Of a stretch of DNA of 64,000 nt, positions 35,163-45,000 are shown one piece after another. Location: positions 2,100-66,099 of IMG/VR virus record IMGVR_UViG_3300048854_000065, one strand, 5' to 3'. The first letter of the stretch is position 1, and each line of letters starts with the position of its first letter. The notes under the pieces were generated by a model that worked only from the letters and a program-made list of their open reading frames with translations, ran no database searches and had not been told where the DNA came from. The position numbers and the translations under genes are program-made. Source of the DNA: a virus. Lineage: Duplodnaviria; Caudoviricetes.

Positions 35163-35525
35163 ATGCCTGCATATCCCGGCAATAATCTTGCAAAACTGCT
35201 TTACGAGAACCGACAGGCATTCCTGTTTCTGGCAGAGCTGGTTGTAGCTGGAGAAGCGAGCCATGCTTACGAGCTTCGTCGCGAACGCGGTGCCTCTTAT
35301 CCGTGGGGCTGTTCCTTTCAGCTCTCCTTCAGCGCCGATCCCGGTGCCTTCGAGATCAATATTCAAGTGGCTGATACCGACGTAGACACGAACTATGTGA
35401 CCGTCGCCACGATTGATACAGCACCCGGCCGCTTCGACATGACGAACCTCTGGCCGAAGTTTGTACGGGCGCAGGTGGGTTCGATCACCAACGCAGTGAA
35501 CGTGACCCTACTGGTGACGCGATGA
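35163..35525 (+). CDS. Virion structural protein (beta-sandwich)
   Basis: RBS AGGAG; FQLSFS...FEINIQVAD...KFVRAQV. Confidence 0.55.
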   Translation: MPAYPGNNLAKLLYENRQAFLFLAELVVAGEASHAYELRRERGASYPWGCSFQLSFSADPGAFEINIQVADTDVDTNYVTVATIDTAPGRFDMTNLWPKFVRAQVGSITNAVNVTLLVTR

Positions 35526-36310
35526 AGAAGAGTACAGCCGTCATTTACTTTGTGGCTGCGCTTCTGGTGTGGGGCATGCTCTCCATGGAAGCGGATGCGC
35601 AGATCAATCCGCCGAAGTATTCGGCCTACGTCAACTCCGGGACTGGATGGATGCCGTGGGCGGCCGCTGCTGGTGGAGCTGGCATCTCTCAACCTCCGGC
35701 GATTGCGCTCTACTGCAAAGCCACGCCTACAGCAGCATGGACGCCTTGCACAGGATCAGGCGGAGGTGGAGGCGGTGGAACGGTGACCGAGTTCACTGCA
35801 GGCAATCTGTCGCCCCTGTTCACCACTACCGTCGATACTGGCACCACGACTCCGCACCTAAACTTCGCCCTTACCAACGCTCCGGCGAATACGATTTTTT
35901 GCAATGGGACAGCAGGAGTTGCAGCGCCGGTCTTCAGCGCAGCGTGTACGGCTTCTGGCGCTAACTTTACCAACCTGAACGGCTCCAACATCAGCACAGG
36001 CACAGTGGCAGCAGCAAGGTTACCCGGAGCGCTGGCAATCGCTGATGTCGCTGTGGTGCTGCCCACAACACTCATCAATGCGAACAACTGCACTACGCCT
36101 GCGACAGTCACGATGACCGGAGCGACTACAGCGATGGTGGCTGCATGGTCCTTCGCCAGCGATGCGGCGGCAAGTACAGGATGGGGCATCAACGGCGGCC
36201 TGAACTTCATGCCATGGTTCACGGCCAACACTCTGAACTGGCGGGTGTGCAACGTGACTGGAAGTGCGATCACGCCGGGAGCCATCTCGGTGAATGTGGC
36301 GGCACGATGA
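35522..36310 (+). CDS. Tail-fiber-like protein with N-terminal signal peptide
   Basis: MKKSTAVIYFVAALLVWGMLSMEADA-Q; GGGGGTVT linker; T/A/G-rich beta body. Confidence 0.6.
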   Translation: MKKSTAVIYFVAALLVWGMLSMEADAQINPPKYSAYVNSGTGWMPWAAAAGGAGISQPPAIALYCKATPTAAWTPCTGSGGGGGGGTVTEFTAGNLSPLFTTTVDTGTTTPHLNFALTNAPANTIFCNGTAGVAAPVFSAACTASGANFTNLNGSNISTGTVAAARLPGALAIADVAVVLPTTLINANNCTTPATVTMTGATTAMVAAWSFASDAAASTGWGINGGLNFMPWFTANTLNWRVCNVTGSAITPGAISVNVAAR

Positions 36311-36909
36311 AGACCCTTGTCCTATTCCTCGCGCTGTTCGTCCAGTCCTCTTCGCAGGGTTCGAATGCGATTGCAGGGACGCCGAACTGTACAGGCATTA
36401 CGGCGACGTTTGTCGATTGTTTTGTCACCCCGTTCTTCACGTTGGTGACTCCATGGAGTTCTGGAGGCTTCACCTATGGTCCGGTGAGGACGAGCGGAAG
36501 CGGAGCATTCGCCTTCAATGCTGGAACCAAGTCGCTGGCCAGCAACGCCATTACCAATTGGGCAGGGAACCAAACCTCACAGATCGTCTACAGCCAAACG
36601 ACAGGGATCGGTGTGGGTGGCCCTGCAGTGCGCATTGCAGGGAGCGGAGCTTATGTTTGGCAGCTCGCAGCAGGCGCGGTCTACACGCTTACAAGCGCAG
36701 GCGTGATGACGAGCATTGGTGGTGGATGTCCAGCGGCAACGCCGGGAGATGTGTATTCGCTCACTGCGACCGGCTTCAATCTGACCTGTCTGGATGTGAC
36801 GACAGGAGTTTCTGCAGTCATCAACGATCCCGGCTCGACGTTTGCCGCAGGGCGGCCGGGGTTCGTTCTGGATGGGGATATGAAGGTAACGAAGTGGGGA
36901 GGCAGTTAG
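36307..36909 (+). CDS. Lectin-like beta-sandwich protein with signal-peptide-like N-terminus
   Basis: MKTLVLFLALFVQSSSQG; GGPAVR...GDVYSLTATG...AGRPG. Confidence 0.55.
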   Translation: MKTLVLFLALFVQSSSQGSNAIAGTPNCTGITATFVDCFVTPFFTLVTPWSSGGFTYGPVRTSGSGAFAFNAGTKSLASNAITNWAGNQTSQIVYSQTTGIGVGGPAVRIAGSGAYVWQLAAGAVYTLTSAGVMTSIGGGCPAATPGDVYSLTATGFNLTCLDVTTGVSAVINDPGSTFAAGRPGFVLDGDMKVTKWGGS

Positions 36910-36910
36910 C

Positions 36911-39814
36911 GTGAAGAGGCTCATAACGATTGCAGTGTTTGCGTGCCTGCATGCAGTAGTGGCCTTCGGCCAGACTACGACCTATGCCGCAACGCAGGGA
37001 TACTGTCAGCTCGGCGCGACGAAGGTTGTTACTCAGGGCATGAATTCGACCACGATGGTGCAGGCTAGTTATCCCAAGTGCCAAGTAAAGGTGTACCTCA
37101 CGGGCACCACTAATCTGCAGACCATCTATGCCGACAAGGGGCATACTACACAGCTCGCCAATCCTTTCACTGCGACCACGCAGGCATCGTGGCTCTTCTA
37201 TTCGGCAACCGGGGCAAACGTTGACATCGTGCTCTCAGGCGGAACCCCTGTGCCTTTGCCGCAGACTGTGACGCTCGCTGATGTTTCGGTGGGTGGAGGC
37301 GGTGGTGGAGGCGGATCGGGACCCGCGAACAACCTGCAGGAGATTCAGGCGAACCTGAACGGCACTCTGTTTCAGGGCACTGGAAGCTATACCGACGTTG
37401 CACGCACGGTGTTCTATCAGCCTGCAATCAACAGCCCGAATCGCAACATCTGCGGTCTGCGTGGATGCGGCATGGTGAATCAGCTTGGCTATAACATCCC
37501 GGTCAAAAACAACGTGGATGTCAGCTCCGGTTGGGGGCAGGCCTTCTACAACTACCGTACTGGCCTCTGGACCGGGCTCTCCTACTTCAACGGTTATAAC
37601 TCGACTGTCAGCCAAGGCACGGAACCTCCGGGAGGTTCCTCGCTGGCCATGCAGAGCGATTCGCAGTCCTTCCACATGATGAGCATCATGCAGGACATCA
37701 GCATCAACACCCACGCAGGCAAGCCCTACGATACAGCGAACATCTACACCTATCTCGCGTGTCATGGCGGCTATTGGGGAGGCGGCGACGAGGGCTGCAC
37801 GAACATTCGTGCCAACGGCGGCAATGATTCCAACCGTCAGGGAGCGATCATCGTCAGCGGTACTCCGACACCCGGCGCTACCGTCGTCAACTATTCGAAT
37901 GCATTCAATCCGGATGACATCATGGTGGGTGGATTCCTGATCGACATCGCATCGCCATCGCTCTTTACCGGCAACATCACTGGATACGACACGGCCAACC
38001 ACCTTCTAACGATCTCTCAGCCTGCGGCTCCGCTTGGTACGGGTTCGATTGTGGTCCCGACTTCGGCAGGAACAACGACAACGGCGATCACCATCACGCA
38101 GCCTCAGATCGAGTCTTCGAATGGCGTCGGCGTGAGCAAGACGGTTTCAGTGAGCCTCGACAGCGGAACGGCTTTCAGCCCTACTGCAGTCACTCTTCTG
38201 GTCTGCGTAAATCCGACATGGGAGTTTGTGATTCCCACCTCGTTCGTCTTTGATTCGGTAAACAATGTCTATAACCTCACGGCGACCTTTCAACATGGCC
38301 ATCCCGCAGGGTGCTACGTCCAGCAGGGTGGAACGTGGGGTATTGCTGACCTGAATGCAGATCGCATCAATAACGCCATACTGAACGCATGGAGGACGGA
38401 TTACTTCGTCTATGGCGCAACAGATGCGAATCACATACATGAAGCCACATGGCTGACCGGTGCTCGCGGGTTCATCAATCCGTGGCGTCATAACTTCGGT
38501 GGTGGACAGAACCATGTGACCAACGCGCAGATTTCAGGCAATGGCAGCGTCATTACCCTGTGCGGCCTCGGTCAATCGTCACTGAACTTCGCCAGTAGTT
38601 ACATCCAGATTTCGAACGCCAACCCTGCGGCCTACAACGGTCTCTATACGACCGGCCCGATGGACAATAATTTCTGCACAGAGGCGGCTGGCACAGCGAC
38701 GGGCGCTGTAATCGCAGCGACGGTCGATGTTGGAGGCGCAGTCAACAACCAAGCCGGAACCGCATTCGGACCCGGTGGCTTTACCATCTGGCCCACGGCG
38801 CGAATCAAGCAGTTGGGAACGCAGATCAATACTGCAGTGAACGGAGCGCAGACCATCGTTCCGAATAACTCACTGATTCTCTACCCCAACACGATGACAA
38901 ACGTGGCTTCGCACATCGCCGTGATTCTTGACGACATGCAGAGCAAGGTCGAACCGCTGTCAGTCCTCGGCACTATAGACACGTCACCAACGCAAAACCT
39001 GAATCACTGGTTTCAGTCCGTTTCGGCGGGTTATGGAGTTACGACTACATCGTATTTCGGCGCGGATGTCACCAACGCGAACCCCTATAGCTGGTACAAG
39101 GGCGGCGGAACTTGCACCATCAATGGAGGCTTCTGTCTCGACGGTGCAATCGGGATGAACATTGGCGGTCCTTGGGTCTTTACGATGCGCCTGCAGCAGC
39201 CGCTTGCAGGAGGCACGCTCATCGAAGGCTATCCGTCACCGATGGCCGCAGCCAATCAAGGCAACAATACTCACTTTTTTGTTCGGGATGATGGTCCCGG
39301 TGGGAATCCCGGCTTCTATGTCAACTTCAATCCGAACACAGGTGTATCGAACATCGGCAGCGGTACTGGCAACGGAGTTCAGTCAGTCATTTCCATGACG
39401 CCGAAGACCATGACCATTGCCGCTACAGACTCGATCACCATCCAGACCGCAGCGCTTACCCTCAATGCGCTTCAGGGTGCAGGTACGCGGTGCGTGACGG
39501 CCAGCTCTGTGGGTCTATTCGGAACGCAGACTTGCGGCACAGTGAGTAGCGTCGGCGTTTCAGTTCCCGGATGGGCTTCTTCTTCTGGTGGTCCGGTTAC
39601 CGGATCGGGAACCATCTCTCTGAACTTCCCGGCCTTCGTCGGCGCAGGTGCGAGCCACGCACCCGGCATTGTTCCCGATCCGGGAGCTACACCCGGCTTG
39701 GGTAAGTTCCTGCGCGATGACGGTTCATGGAGCACTACAACCGGCTTTAGCGGATCGTGCGCGCCGACTACGACAGCAACAGTTCTGAACGGTTTGATTA
39801 CAGGATGCACCTAG
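36911..39814 (+). CDS. Tailspike/tail fiber with signal peptide
   Basis: MKRLITIAVFACLHAVVAFG-Q; VKVYLTGT...TIYAD...LANPFTA head-binding-like domain; C-terminal GIVPDP...KFLRDDGSW fiber motif. Confidence 0.75.
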   Translation: MKRLITIAVFACLHAVVAFGQTTTYAATQGYCQLGATKVVTQGMNSTTMVQASYPKCQVKVYLTGTTNLQTIYADKGHTTQLANPFTATTQASWLFYSATGANVDIVLSGGTPVPLPQTVTLADVSVGGGGGGGGSGPANNLQEIQANLNGTLFQGTGSYTDVARTVFYQPAINSPNRNICGLRGCGMVNQLGYNIPVKNNVDVSSGWGQAFYNYRTGLWTGLSYFNGYNSTVSQGTEPPGGSSLAMQSDSQSFHMMSIMQDISINTHAGKPYDTANIYTYLACHGGYWGGGDEGCTNIRANGGNDSNRQGAIIVSGTPTPGATVVNYSNAFNPDDIMVGGFLIDIASPSLFTGNITGYDTANHLLTISQPAAPLGTGSIVVPTSAGTTTTAITITQPQIESSNGVGVSKTVSVSLDSGTAFSPTAVTLLVCVNPTWEFVIPTSFVFDSVNNVYNLTATFQHGHPAGCYVQQGGTWGIADLNADRINNAILNAWRTDYFVYGATDANHIHEATWLTGARGFINPWRHNFGGGQNHVTNAQISGNGSVITLCGLGQSSLNFASSYIQISNANPAAYNGLYTTGPMDNNFCTEAAGTATGAVIAATVDVGGAVNNQAGTAFGPGGFTIWPTARIKQLGTQINTAVNGAQTIVPNNSLILYPNTMTNVASHIAVILDDMQSKVEPLSVLGTIDTSPTQNLNHWFQSVSAGYGVTTTSYFGADVTNANPYSWYKGGGTCTINGGFCLDGAIGMNIGGPWVFTMRLQQPLAGGTLIEGYPSPMAAANQGNNTHFFVRDDGPGGNPGFYVNFNPNTGVSNIGSGTGNGVQSVISMTPKTMTIAATDSITIQTAALTLNALQGAGTRCVTASSVGLFGTQTCGTVSSVGVSVPGWASSSGGPVTGSGTISLNFPAFVGAGASHAPGIVPDPGATPGLGKFLRDDGSWSTTTGFSGSCAPTTTATVLNGLITGCT

Positions 39815-39824
39815 GACGTGATTT

Positions 39825-40271
39825 ATGGGCCTGATTGTAAAGCTGACGCTTTGGTTTACCGATTTGAAAGCGTGGTGGACTTCTCTTTGGACTAAGGTGC
39901 CTGCGCCGTTGCAGGCGTGGCTGGCGGCTCTCGAAGCCTTCGTGTGGATCGGCATCGTTAGCGCCATTGTGGAGTATCCGTTCTCCGATCTGAACAAGGA
40001 ACACGGCATCAGGACCTTCGTCGCCAAGGTTTGTTTGACGGCACTGGCAGCGACAAGGGTCTACATCCAGAAACATCCCTTCCGCACGGTGGTTGCTGAA
40101 CTGGTCGCGAAGCCGGACGGAACGATGGAAGAGGTGGTTTATGACCAAGGGAAAGCAGCAGTGGATACAAAAAGCAACAGCCAAGATGAAGGCAAAGGGA
40201 ACGTTGGGGAAGTTCGGCAAGGCGACAAAAAAGAAGATAGCAGCGGGAAAGAAAGCGGGAGGCCTACGTAA
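39825..40271 (+). CDS. Putative holin-like membrane protein
   Basis: Two hydrophobic segments and a charged C-terminal tail. Confidence 0.4.
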   Translation: MGLIVKLTLWFTDLKAWWTSLWTKVPAPLQAWLAALEAFVWIGIVSAIVEYPFSDLNKEHGIRTFVAKVCLTALAATRVYIQKHPFRTVVAELVAKPDGTMEEVVYDQGKAAVDTKSNSQDEGKGNVGEVRQGDKKEDSSGKESGRPT

Positions 40272-40353
40272 GAAGGAGGCGGTCTTCGCACAGAACATGA
40301 AGGGCATCGCGAAGAAGAAGAGCAACGGAAAGCGGTCACAGAAGAAAGGGTAA
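40141..40353 (+). CDS. Lys-rich small basic protein
   Basis: RBS GAGG; MTKGKQQWIQKA...KKEAVFAQNMK; overlaps previous ORF by 131 nt. Confidence 0.6.
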   Translation: MTKGKQQWIQKATAKMKAKGTLGKFGKATKKKIAAGKKAGGLRKKEAVFAQNMKGIAKKKSNGKRSQKKG

Positions 40354-40355
40354 CC

Positions 40356-40547
40356 ATGCCGCTGATTCAGTCTGGCAGCAACAACGCGCTGAAGAAGAAC
40401 TTCCATGAGCTGAGGCGCGGGAAGGTCTTCGCGACCACGCAGCAGAAGTTTGGAAAGAAGATCGCGGATAAACAGATGGCCGCCATTGCGCTCAAAAACC
40501 AGCGCAAGAATTCAACCCTGAAAGGCACCAGCGGGATCAAGTCGTAA
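40356..40547 (+). CDS. Small basic protein
   Basis: MPLIQSGS...KKNFHEL...KQMAAIAL pattern common in phage structural modules. Confidence 0.6.
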   Translation: MPLIQSGSNNALKKNFHELRRGKVFATTQQKFGKKIADKQMAAIALKNQRKNSTLKGTSGIKS

Positions 40548-41905
40548 TGCCGTATACGTGGCTCACATATGCGCAAGCGAAGCAGCAGCTAGAGCAACGT
40601 CTTGCCGAAGCGGACCAGACCGGAAAATTCTGGATTGACGATGAGCTTGGCTTGTACATCGTGGAGGCTCTTCGTGTATGGAATGCCCTGACATTCAGTT
40701 GGAAGACGCCATTTACCTTTACCGTTGCGGCTGCATCTCAACCGGCGTGGTTATCACTCGGCAGCATGACAGGCTCTCCGAGATTGCGCACAACGACCGA
40801 TACTGCGCTCTACACGCTGGCGGAATATCACCTGTTGGAGCCTGCGACTGGAGGCACGTGGACTGGCACCAGCCAGTTTTCGATAGCTGACTTTGCATCG
40901 GCTCTCTCGCGATGCCGCGATGAAGCGATCCAGATCACCAATTGCAATCAGATCAACATCAATCCGCTGGCAACGACGCCGGGAGATTACTTCATCCCGA
41001 TCCCGGATGGTGTTCTCGACGTGCCTCGTTCGCGGTGGGTGCCCGATCCAAGTTCCGGCGAGCTGCCTACGGTCCTGATGCGCAATGACAATACCGGGCT
41101 GAACTACTACGAGCCCGGATACACGCAGGCTCCATGGGGAACCCCCTCGCAGTACAACATTGCATCGCTACCCCCTCTAGTGATGCAAGTTGATGTTCCG
41201 CCAGTGAACGAAGGTATCTACGATCTGCTTGGTCTCGTTTCTGGCGGAACCCTCAACCCTCCGAACGATACGTTGATGCCGGTGCCGGATGACAACGCGT
41301 GGACGTTCAAGTGGGGAATGATCGCCGACCTGCTTGGACGCGAGTCCGAAGCCACCGACATCCCACGCGCGCAGTGGTGCCAGAAAGCTTACTCGCTCGG
41401 CCTGAAGTTGCTGACGGGTACGCCGTGGATCATGCAGGCGTACATCAATGGCGTGCCTGCAGACATGGTGAGCGTCACGCAGATGGATCAATACTCCGTA
41501 GGTTGGGACTCCGCACCTCCGGACTATTCGACCATCATCACGGCCGGAACCGATCTCTTCACCATCATTCCCGATCCCGACAACGACATGAGCGTGACCC
41601 TGAACGTGTTGGGCAATGCCCCTGTGCCGACTGTGGATAGTGACTTCATCCAGTGCTCGCGGGATGTGTGGGATTCGGTTCTGGACTATGCGCAGTTCCT
41701 CGCAGCATTCAAGCAGCAGGGAGCCGAGTTCCTGTCAGCGACTTCGCTCTTTGAAGGATTCATCACAGCAGCGATGGCGACCAATGATCGTCTCGAAAAG
41801 CTTGGCATTTTCGCAGACGAGTTCAACGCCGAGGGTACGCGCGAGATTCGCAGTCAGGAGCGGTACACCAACGCGATAGGTGGAGGAGACGATGGGGGAT
41901 CTTAA
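40547..41905 (+). CDS. Putative tail/adaptor protein
   Basis: FWIDDELGLYIVEA connector-like N-terminus. Confidence 0.55.
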   Translation: MPYTWLTYAQAKQQLEQRLAEADQTGKFWIDDELGLYIVEALRVWNALTFSWKTPFTFTVAAASQPAWLSLGSMTGSPRLRTTTDTALYTLAEYHLLEPATGGTWTGTSQFSIADFASALSRCRDEAIQITNCNQININPLATTPGDYFIPIPDGVLDVPRSRWVPDPSSGELPTVLMRNDNTGLNYYEPGYTQAPWGTPSQYNIASLPPLVMQVDVPPVNEGIYDLLGLVSGGTLNPPNDTLMPVPDDNAWTFKWGMIADLLGRESEATDIPRAQWCQKAYSLGLKLLTGTPWIMQAYINGVPADMVSVTQMDQYSVGWDSAPPDYSTIITAGTDLFTIIPDPDNDMSVTLNVLGNAPVPTVDSDFIQCSRDVWDSVLDYAQFLAAFKQQGAEFLSATSLFEGFITAAMATNDRLEKLGIFADEFNAEGTREIRSQERYTNAIGGGDDGGS

Positions 41906-42062
41906 CGTACCGGGAGGCGACCGGCTCTTTGTACGCTGCCAGCGTTGTGGCGCTCCCGCAAATATCGGGCGCAAGGATGCTGCAGCGCCTAGCTACAAAT
42001 ATTGCGCACAGTGCCAGAAGGTTCTAGCCAAGCGCAAGTAAGCAAAAAAATTTATCTGGTGA

Positions 42063-42080
42063 TGTAGGCTACAACCGACA
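42063..42080. promoter_or_regulatory. Palindromic operator abutting the nozzle-gene ATG
   Basis: TGTAGGCTACAACCGACA followed directly by ATG. Confidence 0.75.
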
Positions 42081-45000
42081 ATGAGCGACGAACAGCAGTA
42101 CAAACGGGACCCGAACGGCAATCGCTTTCAGATGAGCGGCATCAGCACGGTGCTGCCCATCGATATGATGGCGGGTAAATATCCGTACCTGCAGAACGTT
42201 CGCTCCTACCTCGGCGGCCGCATCATGGCGCGCGCTACACAGTCGGACGCGGTAGCGAGTCTTGGCGCTCCTGTACACACGCTGCGCAGGCTGAACGATA
42301 CAACTCCGCTTGGCCCTCCTTCCGGATACGCTCTGATCGGTGGAGCTGGCGATGGCCTGTTCTGCAACAGTACTGAGGTTGCGACAGGGTTGAGCGGCAA
42401 CCCGTTTGCGATGGTTCCTTTCCGGCCGAACAGCAGCCCTGAACCGTGGATGTATTGCGCTGACTCCTCGCAGGCCACGCACATCATCAACCCGGCTTTC
42501 AACGCTGCAGGCATGCTGAAGGTGCGTGCGGATGGCCTGACCTACAAGATGGGCGTGAAGGAGCCACAGGACGCTCCAGACGTAGCCACAGAGACGACAA
42601 CGGTAACCGGCTCTGTCAGCGTGCTTGGAACCGCGCGGCCATGGTCGAACGTTGCAGGTGCAAACCCATCCTTCAACTACGGCGACAACGGCAACGGTAC
42701 AGGCCCATCTGTGATCGCAACTCCGATCACTGGAGCGTCGGTCACCCTGACCGCTACGGGCATCGCCAACGTCAACGGATCGCCGCATAGCGCAGGAGAC
42801 GCAGGCCCCACAGGTGGAAGCAATCCCGGTCAGTTCATGGGTGGATCATGCGCGATCCTCTGCGGTGCATGGACCGATAGCAGCGGCAATGTCATCGCCT
42901 CCGGTGCGCTCTCGATTGGAGCGGGTACAACGCTGATCGTTCCTGCAGGTGCGGACCAGCTCCAGCTTGGCGTAGACGGCACAGGCGGAAGTTTTGCTGC
43001 GAACAGTGGAAGCTTCACTGTCAGCTATTCGATTGTTACCAGCCCGGTGACCACCGTCGTGTCCACCCTCGGGCAGATCACTGCTTACTATTGGGGCGAC
43101 TCTCCGCACTCCGGCCCGGTGGCTGCATACATCTGGAAGAACGCTGGCGATACGGGCGGCTCCGGTCCAGTGCGTGACATCTCTACGGCTGCAGGTTCGA
43201 CCACCAACAACTCTTTCCTCTTCGACACCACGCCTTCGAATCCCAACTCGGCGATGACGTGGGATGTTCTGGATGAGAGTGGAGCTACGGTCGGTCAGAA
43301 CGTTGTCTTCTCTCCTGCGCTTGAGAGCAACGGCTATCAGGATTTCAATATGTGCATTGTCGGGAACCTGTTCGTTCCCGGACCCGGCACATACAACTTC
43401 ACCATCACCTCGAAAGACAATGTGATGTGGGGCATTGGCAACAATGCTTCATGGCCCGGTAAGGGCACCATCTTCGGTGCACTCGGTCAGAATCAGACCG
43501 TCGTCAGCAGCAATCCGCTTCTGCCTTCGCCGACCATCAACGGCGGAGGAGCTGCAACCACAATCACGGTAGCCGTCACCTTCCCCGGAGCTGGCGTCTA
43601 TCCGATTGAACTGGACTATGACTACTGGTTTCACTCGGGACGCACGCTGACCCTGAACTGCAATGGAGCGGTGATTCCTCCGATCTCTGGCAGCGTGAAG
43701 ACAGATGTCTCTTATGTCTACGTCTATCGCTCTTCGCTGACCGGAGCTACATCGAACCCATCGCCGCAGTCACCCCTGCAGTCGATCCCGGCCATTGCGA
43801 ACACCATCACCCCGGAGTGGTCGCCTGATCCGCAGGTGGATAAGGTGGATTACTACCGGATGGACTCCGGCCTCGATAACTACACCTACGTAGGCACAGG
43901 CCCGAACACCAACCCTCCAACATCGTTCACAGACACACTGCTTGACTCTGATGTGATCGGTAACCCGATCCTGCAGGTGGACAACTACGAGCCGTTTCCA
44001 TCGATTGATTTCCCGGTGAATGGAGTCGTCAACGTGATCGGCGGTGTAGTGCATTGGGCTTCGGGTAATCAGTTCAATGTGCGCTGGCTTCCGGGAACGA
44101 TTATCAACATTGGCGGCATAGCGTACACGCTCTACAACCGGCCATCGAGCACAACCGCTCTGCTTGCTGTGGACGTTGCTGACGGCCTTGGCTTGTCCTA
44201 CGAGATCGCTGAACCGATCTTGGCAGCTCAACCCATGGCTTCGATGTGGGGAACGTCTGACAACACGCTGTATGCGTTTGCCTGCGGTGATCCTCTGAGG
44301 GCGGGCACGCTCTACTGGTGCAAGGGGAACAACCTCGACTCTGCCCCTGATACCAATCAGCAGGATGTCACCTCGCCGTCAGAACCGCTCATCAATGGCG
44401 TGATCGTCAATGGCGTCGGCATGGTGCTCTCCGCTGAAAACGGGTGGATGATCTACCCGAACTTCTACGCAGCGCAAGCAACCGTCAACGGCGTCTCCGG
44501 CTCTGCGTTCAGCCTGATTCGTTCCGGCGTGACGCGTGGGCTCTACATTCGGCCGTGCATCACCACCGATGGTTCAGGCACCTTCTTCTATCGCTCGAAG
44601 GATGGTATCGAGGCCTCTGTCGGCGGATCGCGTCAGCAGTCATTGACCGATGATGATCTCTTCAACATCTTCCCACATGAAGGCTATGTGCCTCAGCCGA
44701 TCACCCTCGGCGGCTTCACGATCTACCCTCCGGATGACTCGCAGCCGGAGAAGCAGAAGCTTAACTACGCTACGGGTTATCTTTACTACGATTATGTGGA
44801 TACGACGGGGACGCCGCGCACGCTGGTCTATGACGCACAGGGTAAGGGATGGGTTGTCGATGTCTACCAGCACAGTGCAACATTGCACACGCTTGAAGAA
44901 GGACCTAACGCGAATGATGTCCTTGTGGGATCGTCGGATGGATCGATCCGGCCGCTCCGCAACGGAGCAGCAGAGACCGGAAGCGCAGTAGTCCTGACGG

